From NCBI GenBank assembly GCA_001643675.2, contig LSRY02000042.1:186001-250000 (forward strand): a stretch of 64,000 nucleotides of DNA, written 5' to 3'. Made by a program: the position numbers and the translations under genes. The notes below the pieces were generated by a model. That model had not been told where the DNA came from. It saw nothing but the letters and a program-made list of their open reading frames with translations, and did not search any database. Source of the stretch: Monocercomonoides exilis PA203. Its lineage: Eukaryota > Protista > Preaxostyla. How positions within the stretch are numbered: the first letter of the stretch is position 1; each line of letters starts with the position of its first letter. Positions 61,835 through 64,000 of this stretch are shown in pieces.

Positions 61835-64000
61835 GGAGGAAGAAGAAGAAGAAGATGTTAATGATTGAGGAAACAAATGTGATTGATTGGAAGAAGAAGA
61901 AGAAGAAGAAGGAGAAAATGAAGAAGAGGAAGAAGAAGAGGAGGAAGCAGAAGAGGAGGAAGAAGAGGAAGAAGATGTTAATGATAACTTTTTCTTTTGA
62001 TGCTCTTTTGCTTTGAAGGAAGAAGAAGAAGAAGATAAAGAAGAAGAAGAAGAAATGGAAGGAGGAGGAGGAGTAGAAGGAGAAGAAGGAGAAGGTGAGG
62101 GAGAAGGAGAAGGTGAAACAGAAGGCGAAGGAGAAGGGAAAGGATGAAGAGAAGAGAAGAAAGAATGAGGCGAACGGAAAAATGGCTTGAACAAAGAGAA
62201 ATGAAAGTTGAAAGGAAAACGAAAAGAAGAAGAAGAAGAAGAAGAAGAGGAGGAGGAAGAGGAAAAAGAAGAGGAAGAGGAAGAAGAAGAAGAAGAAAAG
62301 GAAGAAGAAATATCATCATTTTCTTCTCCTCTTCCTCTTTCCCTTCCTCCTCCTCTTCTTCCTCTCTGAACTCTTCTTCCTCTTCCTCTCATTCCTCTCC
62401 CTCTTCCTCTTCCTCCTTCTCCTTCTCCTCTTCCTCTTCTTCTTCTAAATGTGTGTGTGTTCAAATGCAGCCATTCTTTTGCAGTTCTCCACAATTCATT
62501 GTCTGTTCCTGCCTGATCGATTTCTTCTTCTTCAACATCTTCTTCAATATCTTCTTCATAATTTTCATTATATTTTAATTCTTCTTCTTCTTCTACTTCT
62601 TCTTTAAGTTCCTCTTCTTTCCTTTCCTTCTCCTTCTTCTCTTCTCCCTCTCCTCTCCCCTCCTTCTTCTTCCCTCCCCTTTCTCCTTTCTCTCCCCTCT
62701 TCTTCTCCCCCCTCCCTTCCTTCACCAGCTGCCCCCAGATGTCCAGCAAAAGCGCCAGAACGTGTGTCAGCGTGCTCAGCCACCAGCAGAAGCAGAGCTG
62801 AAACACAATCAGAAGAATCACCAGATGCCTCCATTTCAAAGTGCCGCAGCATCTTTGCGAGGTCAAAAAGGACAAGTAGAAAGAGATGGCAGGGAGGAGG
62901 AAGGAAGGGAGAGGGGAGAAGACGAAGAGGAGGAGGGAGAGGAGCTGGCAGCGGGGGAGAGAGGAGAAGAGGAAGGATGGGGGAGTAGAAGAAGAAGAAG
63001 AAGAGGAGGAGGAGGAAGAGGAGGAGGAAGAAGAAAGAGAAGAAGAAGAGGAAGAAGAAGAATTTGAAGAAGAATTAGCAGCCGAATACTTGTTATACAG
63101 TGAAAGCGCTCTTGAATGGATAAGATATCTGTTTGAAGGAAAATGAGAGGAAATAAAAAGATTGAAAATAATTTGAGCGAAAAAAACGAGCAAAACGCCG
63201 ATTTCGAAGTGGACAAAGGGAGTTTTGTTGAAAGGGGAAGGATGCGTGAAGGGGTGGAGAGGGAGAGGGAGAGGAAGAGGAAGAGAAGAAGGAAGAGAGA
63301 GAGGAAGAGGAAGAGAGAGAGGGAAGTGAAGGAGAGGGGAAGGAGAAGAGGAAGAGGAGGAAGAGGAAGAGGAAGAAGAAGATGATGAAGATGATAATGT
63401 TTCTTCTCCTCCTTCTCCACCTTCTTCTTCTTCTTCATTCACAACACCCTTTCCTCTCTCTTTCTCCTCATTCCTTTGATTCTCCAATAACCTCCTCTTT
63501 TTCTCGGTATTTCCCTCTAAATCTTTCTCTTTATTTCCCTCTGTATTCTTCTCGAAATTCTTCTCTGTATTTTTGTCTGTATTTTGCACTGCCTTTTCCT
63601 CTTCATTTCTTTCTCTATTCTTCTCTTCTTTCTCTTCTCTTTCTCTATTCTTCTCAGCATTTTCTTCTATCTTTTTCATGTCTCTCATATTCTTCCTCTT
63701 CTCACACGGAAGCAAAGCGTTTCCCTCTAAAACCCTTTCTGTATTCTTCTCTAATTTTTCTGCTTCATTTCTCTTAAAATTCTTCTCTTCTTTCTCTTCT
63801 CTCCCTCTCTTTTCATTCTTCTCAACATTTTCTTCTATCTTTTTCAATTCTTTCATATTCTTCCTCTTCTCACACGGAAGCAGAGCAACCTGTTGAGAGG
63901 CAGAAAGAAGCGGCTGGTTGAGCCAAAAGCGCAGCGGAGGCGCAATGCGGAACAAACCACGCTGTTCAGAAGAAGAAGAAGAAGCAGAAGGAGAAGAAGA
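61481..64000 (-). CDS. 3' part of a multi-pass membrane protein with Ser-, Glu- and RG-rich insertions; starts beyond the window
   Basis: Open frame of at least 824 aa with hydrophobic segments (IGVLLVFFAQIIFNLFI; LLSLLLFVFSPLPSFLLPAISFYLSF; LVILLIVFQLCFCWWL). Confidence 0.7.

Overview
AT-rich, intron-rich eukaryotic (protist) DNA in the standard genetic code. The Ser/Glu microsatellite-coded proteins and the expanded 'KVALKxEENEExQKEVEMALLAL' family suggest an oxymonad such as Monocercomonoides; this is inference, not a database result. 1-19 kb is a transposon graveyard. It holds two DIRS-like retrotransposon fragments, a decayed Sola-like DDD transposase with an in-frame USP/C19 deubiquitinase domain, several MITEs with GGG ends and 4-bp TSDs (one cleanly interrupts a gag-like ORF), a foldback element, a decayed ~3-kb reading frame and an intact protein with 18 x 30-aa repeats. 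19-32.4 kb and 49-57.8 kb hold 8 copies of a 3-exon helical-protein family with mosaic sequence sharing and a ~2-kb near-identical inverted duplication. The remainder is ordinary genes: an RRM/Ser-rich protein, two secreted Cys-rich proteins, a guanylate-kinase-like/Ser-rich protein, a 9-exon copine-type vWA protein with an MGCGAS N-terminus, and a partial membrane protein. All alignments were made by eye, so boundaries of decayed features are approximate.
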